Source: a virus
Taxonomy: Duplodnaviria; Caudoviricetes
IMG/VR virus record: IMGVR_UViG_3300020469_000054
Location: 1 to 58,506 of that record
Reading direction: 5' to 3' (one strand)
DNA: 58,506 nt
Under the pieces are notes generated by a model that saw only the letters and a list, made by a program, of their open reading frames with translations, did not search any database and was not told the DNA's origin. Of the stretch, positions 10,272 to 19,165 are shown in pieces (the stretch's first letter is position 1; every line of letters starts with the position of its first letter). The position numbers and the translations under genes were made by a program.

Positions 10272-10550
10272 TCATTGTGGGTCTCCATATCTTCCCTCTT
10301 GTGAATGATACAAATCCGCTAGTCTTTGTCCTTGTTGACTATTAGTAACTAACTCGCAATCCTTCCAATACTTATTATTAATTAGAAGGTTAATTTCGTT
10401 ATAAGGTGATATCGAGTGAGCAGCATCTTCAGGGGATTTGTTATACTTTCCCACAGTAAGAGTTATATACTCTTTGCAGATGAAATTAACGACCCCTTGA
10501 TCTTCTCCTCTCCTGACGATTTCACCCTTTACAAAATCATTAAATTGCAT
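10272..10550 (-). CDS. Hypothetical early protein
   Basis: ORF track; upstream GAGG RBS. Confidence 0.6.
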   Translation of the reverse strand: MQFNDFVKGEIVRRGEDQGVVNFICKEYITLTVGKYNKSPEDAAHSISPYNEINLLINNKYWKDCELVTNSQQGQRLADLYHSQEGRYGDPQ

Positions 10551-10806
10551 GGATTCGCCTCTGATTGTTGTTAATTAGAATGTGGATTGTAGACGTAGAT
10601 AACAATCATTAATGATATTATACCACAGATTGTTATTAACGTGAGCAAATGTAACATGATCTATTTAATAACCTCCACAGAGATTGGTTTGTGTAGTAGT
10701 ATGTAATCGGACTCAATTTCAGTGAAGAAAGTGTTAATCTTCGCTTTCATTTCTCTCCAATTCTTTCTACTGTAGGGGATGTTTAAGTTCTTGTTAGATA
10801 GTGGCA

Positions 10807-11037
10807 TTAATCCTCCGTTGGTTTAATTGATTTGTTTGCCTTATCATCAGTTGATTCTAATAACTTACCTACCCTATATTCATCTCCTTCTACATACTCA
10901 ACCTCTTCATAATGCTTGCAATGTTCAAAATCAGATGCGATTCTTTTCGCTTCTGTTTTATTATTAGCACCAACAGTTACTGAATAATATGTAATTCTCT
11001 TTGCCTCAAATGTGTAACTGTTTAATAATTCAGACAT
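10807..11037 (-). CDS. Hypothetical early protein
   Basis: ORF track; packed operon. Confidence 0.6.
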   Translation of the reverse strand: MSELLNSYTFEAKRITYYSVTVGANNKTEAKRIASDFEHCKHYEEVEYVEGDEYRVGKLLESTDDKANKSIKPTED

Positions 11038-11039
11038 GA

Positions 11040-11267
11040 TTACACCCCCTTGATGTTAAGTGATCCAGCATGATTTGCTTTGTTAATTACACATGATTGA
11101 TGAATATTAAAGAGTAATTCATAATTAACTCCCTCCCAATCATCCCACTCTGAAACATAATCATCACAGTCAAAATCGCCTGTGCCGTCTACATTTAGTG
11201 GGCATGATTTGAAATCATTGTTATCATCAATCCAGAAGATTCTTCCGAAAGCGTCACTTGAATACAT
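11040..11267 (-). CDS. Hypothetical acidic early protein
   Basis: ORF track; GGAGG upstream. Confidence 0.6.
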   Translation of the reverse strand: MYSSDAFGRIFWIDDNNDFKSCPLNVDGTGDFDCDDYVSEWDDWEGVNYELLFNIHQSCVINKANHAGSLNIKGV

Positions 11268-11269
11268 GA

Positions 11270-11527
11270 TTAACCCTCCCAGTTGTTGATAAATTGGTCA
11301 AGAAGATTGATGTCTAATGTATCATCATCAAAATCAATCTTTGCTGCTGATGTTACACCCCACTCGCTCAATTCTTCAGTGAATTCTTGCCAGTTAGAGC
11401 AGTAACATGCCATGTTTTGAAAGTTATCAACCTCTTTAATTCGGTTGATTAGGATATCAGTTTTGTCATCAAGTCCGATGCGTAGAGTATCATTTTTGAT
11501 GAGTTGCTTATATTCAGTAATAGTCAT
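11270..11527 (-). CDS. Hypothetical early protein
   Basis: ORF track; AGGAGG RBS. Confidence 0.6.
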   Translation of the reverse strand: MTITEYKQLIKNDTLRIGLDDKTDILINRIKEVDNFQNMACYCSNWQEFTEELSEWGVTSAAKIDFDDDTLDINLLDQFINNWEG

Positions 11528-11681
11528 TTAATTGCCCTCCTTAGTTGTTGGTTTTGTTGGTTGAATTAAGAAGTAATACTTAACAACTGGTGATGCTTCT
11601 AGCAGTTGTTTGTATACTTTAGGATCAAGAGATTGCATGATGTGAGTAATAATTAAGGACAGAAAAAAGAGGTGCGTAGTG

Positions 11682-12029
11682 TTACGCTACCTCTAGATGA
11701 TCTGCGTCTATAAGTATCATCCCATCCCAGAAATCTTGTGTTTGTCCGTTATAAGAAACAAACCATTCCCAATTCTTTTGGAATACTTTAGCACCGTATT
11801 TGACCTCTTCTAAAATAGCATTTAGTCTTGATTTTGTGGTGTTTGTTGTATAACCACAAGATGACAATTTAACTGCTTTTAGATTATGATCAAAGGTCGC
11901 AATTAGATGACCATGTAGATAAACAGAAGAGCAATTTGTTGACTCGTTGTAAGAAACTCCTGTGTTAGATCCCGCCCAGTTGCCCTTGTTAGAGATGGCG
12001 AAATTCATTTGCTTTTCAAGTTTTCTCAT
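11682..12029 (-). CDS. Hypothetical phage early protein
   Basis: ORF track; first gene after a palindrome promoter; VYLHGHLIA and TTKSRLNA motifs. Confidence 0.7.
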   Translation of the reverse strand: MRKLEKQMNFAISNKGNWAGSNTGVSYNESTNCSSVYLHGHLIATFDHNLKAVKLSSCGYTTNTTKSRLNAILEEVKYGAKVFQKNWEWFVSYNGQTQDFWDGMILIDADHLEVA

Positions 12030-12078
12030 TTGGAAAGTGTTTAGAGTGAATGTTGCGTGGTGTCTCTCCCACTTCTTT

Positions 12079-12136
12079 ATAATAGCAATAAAAAAGCACC
12101 CGTGGGGTGCTTGTGTGCCACTTTGTCAACTGTCCT
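12079..12136 (-). promoter_or_regulatory. Early promoter cassette 1: 22-bp palindrome, hairpin/terminator and extended -10
   Basis: GTGCCAC-tttgtcaa-CTGTCCT at 12115-12136; AAGCACC..GGTGCTT hairpin; TGC-TATTAT at 12079-12087. Confidence 0.75.
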
Positions 12137-12491
12137 AGTTGAAAGCGGTATTGTATGAGGTTTTGATATAGTTAACAACATCAACTGCAATTTTACTTGC
12201 TGATTGATACATTGCAACTAAATCTGTGTTAAGTTCTTGTATCTCAAAGGAATGGATTTCCCATCTTACTTTGAAATCAGTGACGTAATCTTGAGCAGTT
12301 AAATGAGTTTTAACTGGTCTACGTCTTTGGACATTCTTAACAACTGGTGCTTCAACTTTCTTTACTTCCTTAACAACAACTGGTGCAGATTTAGGAGTAG
12401 TTGTTGATGCTTTTCTCGTGCGAGTCTTCCTCTTAGTTGTTGTTACTTTCTTTGCAGAATTAACAGCAGTTGTAGTAGACTTTGCTGGCAT
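12135..12491 (-). CDS. Hypothetical protein with Lys/Thr/Arg-rich N-terminus
   Basis: ORF track. Confidence 0.65.
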   Translation of the reverse strand: MPAKSTTTAVNSAKKVTTTKRKTRTRKASTTTPKSAPVVVKEVKKVEAPVVKNVQRRRPVKTHLTAQDYVTDFKVRWEIHSFEIQELNTDLVAMYQSASKIAVDVVNYIKTSYNTAFN

Positions 12492-12520
12492 AAGATTCGA
12501 TGCAGTTTGTGTTAGTTAGC

Positions 12521-12608
12521 GAGTGAAACATTTGAGGTAAGTATTTTTAATTTATCGTCATGTCTCTGCTTCTAAGTCAGAGTAGATAAACCTCAAATTG
12601 TTTCACTC
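12521..12608 (-). ncRNA. Candidate structured RNA or 5' leader
   Basis: Nested pairings GAGTGAAACA/TGTTTCACTC, TTTGAGGT/ACCTCAAA, TTTATC/GATAAA and CTCTG/CAGAG; begins near the predicted transcription start. Confidence 0.55.
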
Positions 12609-12612
12609 TTAT

Positions 12613-12670
12613 AATATAGCAATAAAAAACCCCTAATGGGGTTTTAGTGTGACAGTTTGTTTATTGTCCG
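12613..12670 (-). promoter_or_regulatory. Early promoter cassette 2
   Basis: GTGACAG-tttgttta-TTGTCCG at 12649-12670; AAAACCCC..GGGGTTTT hairpin; TGC-TATATT. Confidence 0.75.
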
Positions 12671-12822
12671 TCTGTGTATGATCCTAAAACACAGTTTCCA
12701 TGTCTGACCTCAGCGTATCCAAACTCTTCGGATAAATCAAGACATAGACCCCAACAATCATCTAAATTAACAAATGATGAATTTTCATAGGGTGCGGATG
12801 GACAATGGACGGAGTATCTCAT
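12661..12822 (-). CDS. Hypothetical protein
   Basis: Probable start MRYSVHCP after AAGGA. Confidence 0.55.
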   Translation of the reverse strand: MRYSVHCPSAPYENSSFVNLDDCWGLCLDLSEEFGYAEVRHGNCVLGSYTDGQ

Positions 12823-12826
12823 ATCC

Positions 12827-12994
12827 TTAAACATAATCAAAAGGTTCGGGATCGGATACCCTCTCCCATAGATCATCAAAGATCTTAGGATCATCTTGAT
12901 GCTCTGTAAAGTCTGCTTGACAGCAGAATGAAAACATTTCGACTAAAACGTTTTCTTCTTCTTCTGATAGTCTGAGAATCCTTGTTGATGACAT
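12827..12994 (-). CDS. Small acidic hypothetical protein
   Basis: Read manually: MSSTRILRLSEEENVLVEMF...DLWERVSDPEPFDYV; first gene after cassette 3. Confidence 0.5.
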   Translation of the reverse strand: MSSTRILRLSEEEENVLVEMFSFCCQADFTEHQDDPKIFDDLWERVSDPEPFDYV

Positions 12995-13023
12995 AAAAAG
13001 CGTAAATCATTTTCTACTCTTTA

Positions 13024-13080
13024 ATAATACATGAAAAAACCCCCAAATGGGGGTTTAGTGGACAGTTTATGTTCTGGCAC
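13024..13080 (-). promoter_or_regulatory. Early promoter cassette 3
   Basis: TGGACAG-tttatgtt-CTGGCAC at 13059-13080; AAACCCCC..GGGGGTTT hairpin; TATTAT. Confidence 0.75.
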
Positions 13081-13081
13081 A

Positions 13082-13372
13082 CTAAATCTCTTTACATAAC
13101 TCATCTAATCTATCATAGTGACTATCAACAACTGATTCTAATTTCTCAAAGATAGTATCAATTTCTGATACTAATTCTTCAAAGTTGTTGACATTCCCAA
13201 TATCATTTTTACCTTGCACATACCCTTCTAAAACATAAAGAATGGTGCTAATTTGATCTTCAGTTAGTGTTACTGGTAGATCGCAATCTGGGATAGTAGG
13301 TATCACAAACTGTGTAGCATCTAACTCACTATTTGTTGCATTAGGGTTTGCTGGTAGTTGATACTTAGTCAT
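13082..13372 (-). CDS. Hypothetical protein
   Basis: ORF track; probable start MTKYQLP. Confidence 0.6.
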   Translation of the reverse strand: MTKYQLPANPNATNSELDATQFVIPTIPDCDLPVTLTEDQISTILYVLEGYVQGKNDIGNVNNFEELVSEIDTIFEKLESVVDSHYDRLDELCKEI

Positions 13373-13533
13373 GCTAATCTCCAAGAGGTTTTGTTAATGG
13401 AATGGTTGCAATTTTGGCAAGTTAATGCACTCCAACTGAAGTGAAATACTCTTGCTTTGTTATCACATTCGGGGCAAACTATGGTCTTCCCAAGTCTACC
13501 ACAACGAGTGTATCTTGTGACGCTATTTGTCAT
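13369..13533 (-). CDS. Small zinc-ribbon protein (54 aa)
   Basis: Read manually: ...IVCPECDNKARVFHFSWSALTCQNCNH...; two CxxC motifs; ATGA overlaps at both ends. Confidence 0.65.
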   Translation of the reverse strand: MTNSVTRYTRCGRLGKTIVCPECDNKARVFHFSWSALTCQNCNHSINKTSWRLA

Positions 13534-13787
13534 ACCGACACCTGTAATCTTGGGTTTTCAAGTATAATATCTCTCACTCTTTCTCTGTCTAATGTATCAC
13601 CATCACCCCAATAATAGTGAGCATATTCTAAGTCACCTTTTAAGATTCTATTCTTATATGTAAAGAAAGCATCATAAATGTGACCCTTAGTTAAACCTTT
13701 AATAGGGTAAAGATCGCTGTCTGGTGAATAGAAATCCCAAACATAGTTGACAAAAGTGTTAAGTTCTTTAATAGAAATCATTGACAC
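13530..13787 (-). CDS. Hypothetical protein
   Basis: ORF track; GDGDTLDRERVRD motif. Confidence 0.65.
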   Translation of the reverse strand: MSMISIKELNTFVNYVWDFYSPDSDLYPIKGLTKGHIYDAFFTYKNRILKGDLEYAHYYWGDGDTLDRERVRDIILENPRLQVSV

Positions 13788-13957
13788 AATGCCTCAAATC
13801 TTTTCATAGTTTGTCTCTCTAATGCTACATTAGTGCCCTCACTAAATGAGCATAACTCATTCATCATTTCAACTGTTAACTTATTAGAAACCCTGAAATC
13901 TTCCCAGACTTCATCAAATAAGGTCTCTAATATCATTTCATTCTGTAAACAACTCAT
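13778..13957 (-). CDS. Hypothetical protein (59 aa)
   Basis: Read manually: MSCLQNEMILETLFDEVWEDF...; GAGGT RBS. Confidence 0.55.
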   Translation of the reverse strand: MSCLQNEMILETLFDEVWEDFRVSNKLTVEMMNELCSFSEGTNVALERQTMKRFEALCQ

Positions 13958-13958
13958 T

Positions 13959-14093
13959 TCAATACCTCACTCGTATATGTGGATTAGGTCTCACAATCTC
14001 GGCGGCATCTATCAAATAGTCTGAGATCACGTAACGTGCATCATTTGATTTGTAGATTAAGAAACCGAGTAGTAAGAGAAGGATCAAACGCAT
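13959..14093 (-). CDS. Small membrane or signal-anchored peptide (44 aa)
   Basis: Read manually: MRLILLLLLGFLIYKSNDARYVISDYL...; first gene after cassette 4. Confidence 0.5.
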   Translation of the reverse strand: MRLILLLLLGFLIYKSNDARYVISDYLIDAAEIVRPNPHIRVRY

Positions 14094-14118
14094 AATAGTT
14101 TTTTTGTTTGATACTCTT

Positions 14119-14176
14119 ATTATAAAGACTGATAAGAGTAAATGGTAAAACTGTGTGCCAGTATATTAACTGGCAT
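14119..14176 (-). promoter_or_regulatory. Early promoter cassette 4
   Basis: GTGCCAG-tatattaa-CTGGCAT at 14155-14176; TATAAT at 14119-14124. Confidence 0.75.
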
Positions 14177-15413
14177 ATGAAATAGGTGGGATGCCCTCTT
14201 TAAAGATAATATCAACAATGCCCTGTAATCTCTTAAGAGTTCTTGATGCTAACTTGCCTGACATTGGCACAGTTACATAACCACACTTCTTGCGATAAAA
14301 GTTAAACATACCAGCAGGAATACGTCCTTCTGATATATTTTTCCTATCCTCTGGATGTAATCTAATTACTCTACCTATCGTCTGTGCCATCTCAATAGTA
14401 GGCAAATTACGCAGTAGAATAGTATGAGTTAATCCAGGAACATCTATCCCCTCCGATAATATCGAATAGTGGAAGACTACGAAGCGTTTGTTATCATCAG
14501 CACCCCATTTTGTAAGGGTATCAAAGAATAATTGGCGACCAACTTTGGTCTTATTGATATACGCACCATGCTTAGATGTGATGTGTAGTATATCATAACC
14601 AGCAGAAGTTAAGTCACTAATTACACTTGTCTGACTCAACATTCTCCACAATACTTTAGTATTAGGGGCAGCAACTAGCACCTTGTGATTAACACCTTGA
14701 TCCAATGAATCTAGTATGTTAAGTAGATTTTCCGCATCAACATCATGTGCATTGTATCTATCACGCACAGTATCTGTGTCAAATGGGACTATCTGCGGAG
14801 ATAGAATCTTGCCACTATCTATTAACTCCTTAGCAGTAGTTTGCTCTAGGATGTTACCATAAACTCTGTTATTATCCATGCCTCTTGCTTTACTATCTCC
14901 TCTACCAATTCTAGGAGTAGCAGTAAAATAGTAACTACGATTAGCAAACTTAGATGTTGCTAACACTGCTTGATGAAAGTGTCTACCAGTGCTGTGATGT
15001 GCCTCATCAAAGTATATATTATCAATGATGATGTTAGCATCAACTACACGTTGCAAACTGTGGTAGGTAGTGAATATAATATGAGAGTGAATTAAAGCAC
15101 CATTTGTAATAACAATGTCACGCAATTCTCTTGCGTTTGTTGTGCTTAATCCGTCAACTTCGCCACTATGCACATGCACAGTAGTAACACTATTATCATA
15201 GAATCTACTAAATTCTGAATGTAATTGATTACTTAGTAGAATACGAGGTGCTACTACTACACTAATAGTAGGACGATTTGCAATCCTTAATTGATTAACA
15301 AGGTCTGCAATCATAATATAAGTTTTACCACCACCAGTAGGGATTATGATACGCCCACTGTTTTCAACTTGCATCATATCGTATGCACGTTGCTGATGTG
15401 GTAATAATTGCAT
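14166..15413 (-). CDS. SF2 DEAD/DEAH-like helicase
   Basis: Motifs PTGGGKT, FDEAHH, TATPR, LSEGIDVP and QTIGRVIR. Confidence 0.9.
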   Translation of the reverse strand: MQLLPHQQRAYDMMQVENSGRIIIPTGGGKTYIMIADLVNQLRIANRPTISVVVAPRILLSNQLHSEFSRFYDNSVTTVHVHSGEVDGLSTTNARELRDIVITNGALIHSHIIFTTYHSLQRVVDANIIIDNIYFDEAHHSTGRHFHQAVLATSKFANRSYYFTATPRIGRGDSKARGMDNNRVYGNILEQTTAKELIDSGKILSPQIVPFDTDTVRDRYNAHDVDAENLLNILDSLDQGVNHKVLVAAPNTKVLWRMLSQTSVISDLTSAGYDILHITSKHGAYINKTKVGRQLFFDTLTKWGADDNKRFVVFHYSILSEGIDVPGLTHTILLRNLPTIEMAQTIGRVIRLHPEDRKNISEGRIPAGMFNFYRKKCGYVTVPMSGKLASRTLKRLQGIVDIIFKEGIPPISYAS

Positions 15414-15441
15414 AAGTAGGATAAATTCAAACTACAAACGT

Positions 15442-15498
15442 AGTATAGCAGATATTACAGGCAAATACAAGATTATGTGACAGTTCTTAGACTGGCAT
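15442..15498 (-). promoter_or_regulatory. Early promoter cassette 5
   Basis: GTGACAG-ttcttaga-CTGGCAT at 15477-15498; TGC-TATACT. Confidence 0.75.
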
Positions 15499-16396
15499 AC
15501 AGTCCTAATCTCTTCTTAATTAACTCCCCATAGTCATCATGCAACTCACAACCAATATAATACCTACCCAAATCCTTTGCTACCACTGCGGTTGTGCCAC
15601 TTCCCATAAATGGATCTAGTATAATATCACCCTTATCTGATCCTGCTTTTATACAAGGTGTTATTAACTCTTCAGGATAAGTTGCAAAGTGTGCCCCCTT
15701 ATATGGTTTCTTGTTTATACTCCACACACTACGTTTATTCCTCTTTGAGTATGATTTAGTGAGACCAGAATGAGGTGTTAATCCACTACCTTCATTGTGA
15801 TATTTACCATTAGATCTATCACGAGTGCCCCAATCTTTCGCTGGTTCTTTAATAGCATCATTGTCATAATAGTAATTCTTGTTCTTACTTAGTAGGAAGA
15901 TATATTCATGGGATTTAGTGCATCTATCTCTTACACTTTCAGGCATTGGATTAGGTTTATGCCATATAATATCTTGCCTTAAGTACCATCCATCTGCTCG
16001 TAATGCAAATGCTAACATCCACGGAATACCAATTAAATCTTTCTCTTTATATCCTTTTAGTTTGTTACTTCTACGAGGTGTAGTTACAGGTAAATCTTGT
16101 CTATTATTAGAGAATGTTTGTTTAGGGATACATCCATCTTTCCTATAATTATAATAACTATCACCAATATTCAACCACAAAGTACCATCATCAGTAAGAC
16201 AATCTCTTACTAATCTGAATACATTTACCATCTCTTCAATATATTCTTCTGGTGATTGTTCCTGTCCTATTTGACTATCTTCACCTCCATAATCTCTCAG
16301 TCCGTAGTAAGGTGGAGATGTCACGCAACACCTTGCTTTTTCATCGAATTGTTTAAGTGTTTCTCTACAATCACCAAATAATATAGTATCTTTCAT
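15473..16396 (-). CDS. DNA methyltransferase, N4-C/N6-A, beta class
   Basis: TSPPY catalytic motif precedes the DPFMGSGTT SAM-binding motif. Confidence 0.92.
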   Translation of the reverse strand: MKDTILFGDCRETLKQFDEKARCCVTSPPYYGLRDYGGEDSQIGQEQSPEEYIEEMVNVFRLVRDCLTDDGTLWLNIGDSYYNYRKDGCIPKQTFSNNRQDLPVTTPRRSNKLKGYKEKDLIGIPWMLAFALRADGWYLRQDIIWHKPNPMPESVRDRCTKSHEYIFLLSKNKNYYYDNDAIKEPAKDWGTRDRSNGKYHNEGSGLTPHSGLTKSYSKRNKRSVWSINKKPYKGAHFATYPEELITPCIKAGSDKGDIILDPFMGSGTTAVVAKDLGRYYIGCELHDDYGELIKKRLGLYASLRTVT

Positions 16397-16398
16397 AG

Positions 16399-16551
16399 TT
16401 AAAATGCAATGTAAAGTTCATTATCTTCTGATAAACATGATTGATATGCAGGAACATATCTATCGTTTGCTATATCATAACATACAACTTGATCTTTTAA
16501 TTGTTTATCATCCATCTCCTGTAATTGATCTAATAAATCTTTATAAGTCAT
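16399..16551 (-). CDS. Hypothetical protein, apparent paralog of 41196..41393
   Basis: Probable start MTYKDLLDQL. Confidence 0.55.
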   Translation of the reverse strand: MTYKDLLDQLQEMDDKQLKDQVVCYDIANDRYVPAYQSCLSEDNELYIAF

Positions 16552-16591
16552 GTTTCTAGTTGATTGTTGAGACCAAGGAATAAGTATCCAA

Positions 16592-16819
16592 TTAAGTGAC
16601 ATTTATATCCTCCTTATTATAATATTGTCCTAATGCCCCACTCATTAAAGTTTCACTAATTTCACCATTTGGTGTAGTAATAGTAGGTTCTACGTGATCA
16701 TTTTTGTCACCAAACTTTCTCTTTGGTAGGGTAGATTCCCACGCACTAATTAATACTTCTAACTCTTTAATTCTATCTCTTGCAATAGAGATTTTCTCTT
16801 TTATGTTATTACTACTCAT
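16592..16819 (-). CDS. Hypothetical protein
   Basis: ORF track. Confidence 0.55.
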   Translation of the reverse strand: MSSNNIKEKISIARDRIKELEVLISAWESTLPKRKFGDKNDHVEPTITTPNGEISETLMSGALGQYYNKEDINVT

Positions 16820-17478
16820 AGTGAATCTAAGTCAGAGTGACGTTGTTTATTTTTATAATATTCAGGATTTCTATTATTATCTATTAATACTGTTTCTCCA
16901 CCATCAGGTCTAGTAATATAATCAACTTTACTATAATCTCTAAACTGATCTCTATACATAAACTTTAACATTACATTACCTGACAATATTCCTCTTTTAT
17001 CATCAGTATTATTATCATCAACACCATGCTGTAACCATGCTGGAAATACTATAAAATCATTCTTTCTTTGCTCATCAGGATATATTTTATTATTATTACT
17101 ATCAATAAAGAAAAACAAGTTATCATCAGTTGGTTGTACAAAATGTACAAAAGAATATAATTCACCACCATAATAATGATCGTGTATTCTCATACTATTA
17201 CCACTAATATACACTTGCATCCATGTTGCCACCTGATATTCAGATCTATGAAATAATCCTAAATCTGTAGATGCTCTATTAATTATATTATTATAATATT
17301 CTGTGAATATAGTATCAGGACCAGATTTATTAATAGAATTTGTGAAATAACTGGTATAATACTCATCACCACATCTAAACTCTTTCTCTCCAGATAAAAT
17401 ATTATCTATAGTATCTGATAATAGTTCTTCATCTATAGGTATATTATCATACCATAAAATAGGATTAAATCTACTCAT
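16816..17478 (-). CDS. Putative 2OG-Fe(II) oxygenase
   Basis: HDH...FPAWLQHGV...R..LSGN; probable start MSRFNP. Confidence 0.8.
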   Translation of the reverse strand: MSRFNPILWYDNIPIDEELLSDTIDNILSGEKEFRCGDEYYTSYFTNSINKSGPDTIFTEYYNNIINRASTDLGLFHRSEYQVATWMQVYISGNSMRIHDHYYGGELYSFVHFVQPTDDNLFFFIDSNNNKIYPDEQRKNDFIVFPAWLQHGVDDNNTDDKRGILSGNVMLKFMYRDQFRDYSKVDYITRPDGGETVLIDNNRNPEYYKNKQRHSDLDSL

Positions 17479-17752
17479 AAACATCATCCTTAATGTAACA
17501 TGGCACACCTTCAGGATCTAACCATTTAGTATATTCAACATCCTCAATTGCTTGTGCTAATTGCATACCATTATCACAAAGATACATATCAATATATCTT
17601 TTAGTGTATTCGTTATACTTTTGGATGCGAAAGTCTGGTCTACCATTACTATCTAGCACACCACATTCTACATAACGATAAGGAAAATGCTCTGCTAATG
17701 TATTACTCTTCATCATCAATATCCTCATAATGTCCTCTAGCATCATCAGCAT
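17471..17752 (-). CDS. Hypothetical protein (true start probably later, near 17713)
   Basis: ORF track; FPYRYV...YTKWLDP. Confidence 0.65.
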   Translation of the reverse strand: MLMMLEDIMRILMMKSNTLAEHFPYRYVECGVLDSNGRPDFRIQKYNEYTKRYIDMYLCDNGMQLAQAIEDVEYTKWLDPEGVPCYIKDDVYE

Positions 17753-17939
17753 CTTCCATTAAGTTGTTGATAACAACATCATCAACTTCAGGAAATAATG
17801 TTTCTTCGATGTCAAACTCAAACATATAATAATCAGGAGAAACTCCTAGATTCTTAATATACTTCTTCCATGCCTTGTATGTTGGTTTGTCGTTAAACTC
17901 AACTACATGATGCTCAGTCTCAACAGTAAATGCTGTCAT
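17703..17939 (-). CDS. Hypothetical acidic protein
   Basis: ORF track; first gene after cassette 6. Confidence 0.6.
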   Translation of the reverse strand: MTAFTVETEHHVVEFNDKPTYKAWKKYIKNLGVSPDYYMFEFDIEETLFPEVDDVVINNLMEDADDARGHYEDIDDEE

Positions 17940-17963
17940 GGTAAAGGATTTGTTGACTCTCTT

Positions 17964-18021
17964 AATATAGTGTATTATAGCATGAAATGGTGGATTTGTG
18001 TGCCACTATATTAATTGACAC
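17964..18021 (-). promoter_or_regulatory. Early promoter cassette 6
   Basis: GTGCCAC-tatattaa-TTGACAC at 18000-18021; TATATT 30 nt away, and also TGC-TATAAT 20 nt away. Confidence 0.7.
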
Positions 18022-18631
18022 ATATATCCATGCCTAAGAGATCATCAAAATTACCTATTCTACCAGATGGAAATGCGTTAAATGATATTGTATATCTAAT
18101 ATCATCACTCCTATTAATATCAACTTCATGACCTAATGATGATGGAAATATAATCATATCACCAGCAATTGCTGATTGTTGATGATATATTTTATGACTA
18201 TCTGAATCACCATGCCATAAACGTATATTACTATATGAAGGATTAGTCCATATACTATCAATATTAAATATAGTTCCAGACTCAGAATCATTCAAGTATA
18301 TAATACCACTTACAAATGAATTAGGATGACTATGTTCTGTATGATACTGTCCTATCTCTGATTTATTACCCCATGACTGCACAACTTTCAATTCATCACA
18401 ATTAAAACCTAAAGTATCTTTCAATTCTTGTAAACAATCGTAAACCCAATCAAATAATATATTATATCTAATATCTTTATTTAATTGTACATTAACAGTC
18501 CTACTATTACGCTGTCTATCAGAATAAAAAAACCACTGCTCATTGCTAAGTAATTCTAATGCACTAGATGTTACCTCACTAGTACATTTAAACTTAGCAA
18601 TAGACTGTGGTAATATATCAAGTCGTTGCAT
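18011..18631 (-). CDS. Putative 2OG-Fe(II) oxygenase (TIGR02466-like)
   Basis: HSHPNSFVSGIIYL...FPSSLGHEV...RYTISFN. Confidence 0.85.
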   Translation of the reverse strand: MQRLDILPQSIAKFKCTSEVTSSALELLSNEQWFFYSDRQRNSRTVNVQLNKDIRYNILFDWVYDCLQELKDTLGFNCDELKVVQSWGNKSEIGQYHTEHSHPNSFVSGIIYLNDSESGTIFNIDSIWTNPSYSNIRLWHGDSDSHKIYHQQSAIAGDMIIFPSSLGHEVDINRSDDIRYTISFNAFPSGRIGNFDDLLGMDICVN

Positions 18632-18970
18632 TATATTATAGTATTTTATTCTATTTCATTACCTTCAGCATCACAATTCACTTCTCTAAATTCTAAGATA
18701 GATTCACCTGATTGAAGGTCATTCTCTATCGCTGCTTTCAACCATCCTTCTGCTTTAGGTCTATCATCATTAGCAGTGATTACAACACTTACAAATTGTT
18801 GTTTCATTTTCTTGAGTAATTACGTGTACTATATATCTATTTATTAGTGATATCAATTATTAAGGATATCACTAACTAAGTCCTCTTCAGACCCTAAAAG
18901 ATCAGTGATCCACTCATCTTCATTCTCTTGGCATAGATCATAATTCTCATCATAATCAACATGTAGTTTT

Positions 18971-19165
18971 TTAGACATCGTAACCGAAACCTCCATTTTG
19001 TATTTGGCGTGCTTGTGTTTGCACAGTGAGTAGTTTATTTAAAGAGCGTTTCATAAAGATTAACTCTTCAGTTTCATATAGCATAGGATTGTCATCAGAT
19101 GCTTTAATTGCCTCCTTAAGACGTTTTATTCTTTTGGTAAGCAATTCAGTTTCATTAAGACGCAT
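18971..19165 (-). CDS. Hypothetical protein
   Basis: ORF track; C-terminal GGFG. Confidence 0.55.
   Translation of the reverse strand: MRLNETELLTKRIKRLKEAIKASDDNPMLYETEELIFMKRSLNKLLTVQTQARQIQNGGFGYDV

Noticed and set aside
12521-12608. Hammerhead ribozyme or tRNA reading of the structured element
   Set aside because: No CUGAnGA/GAAA core in the correct arrangement, and no cloverleaf or T-loop.
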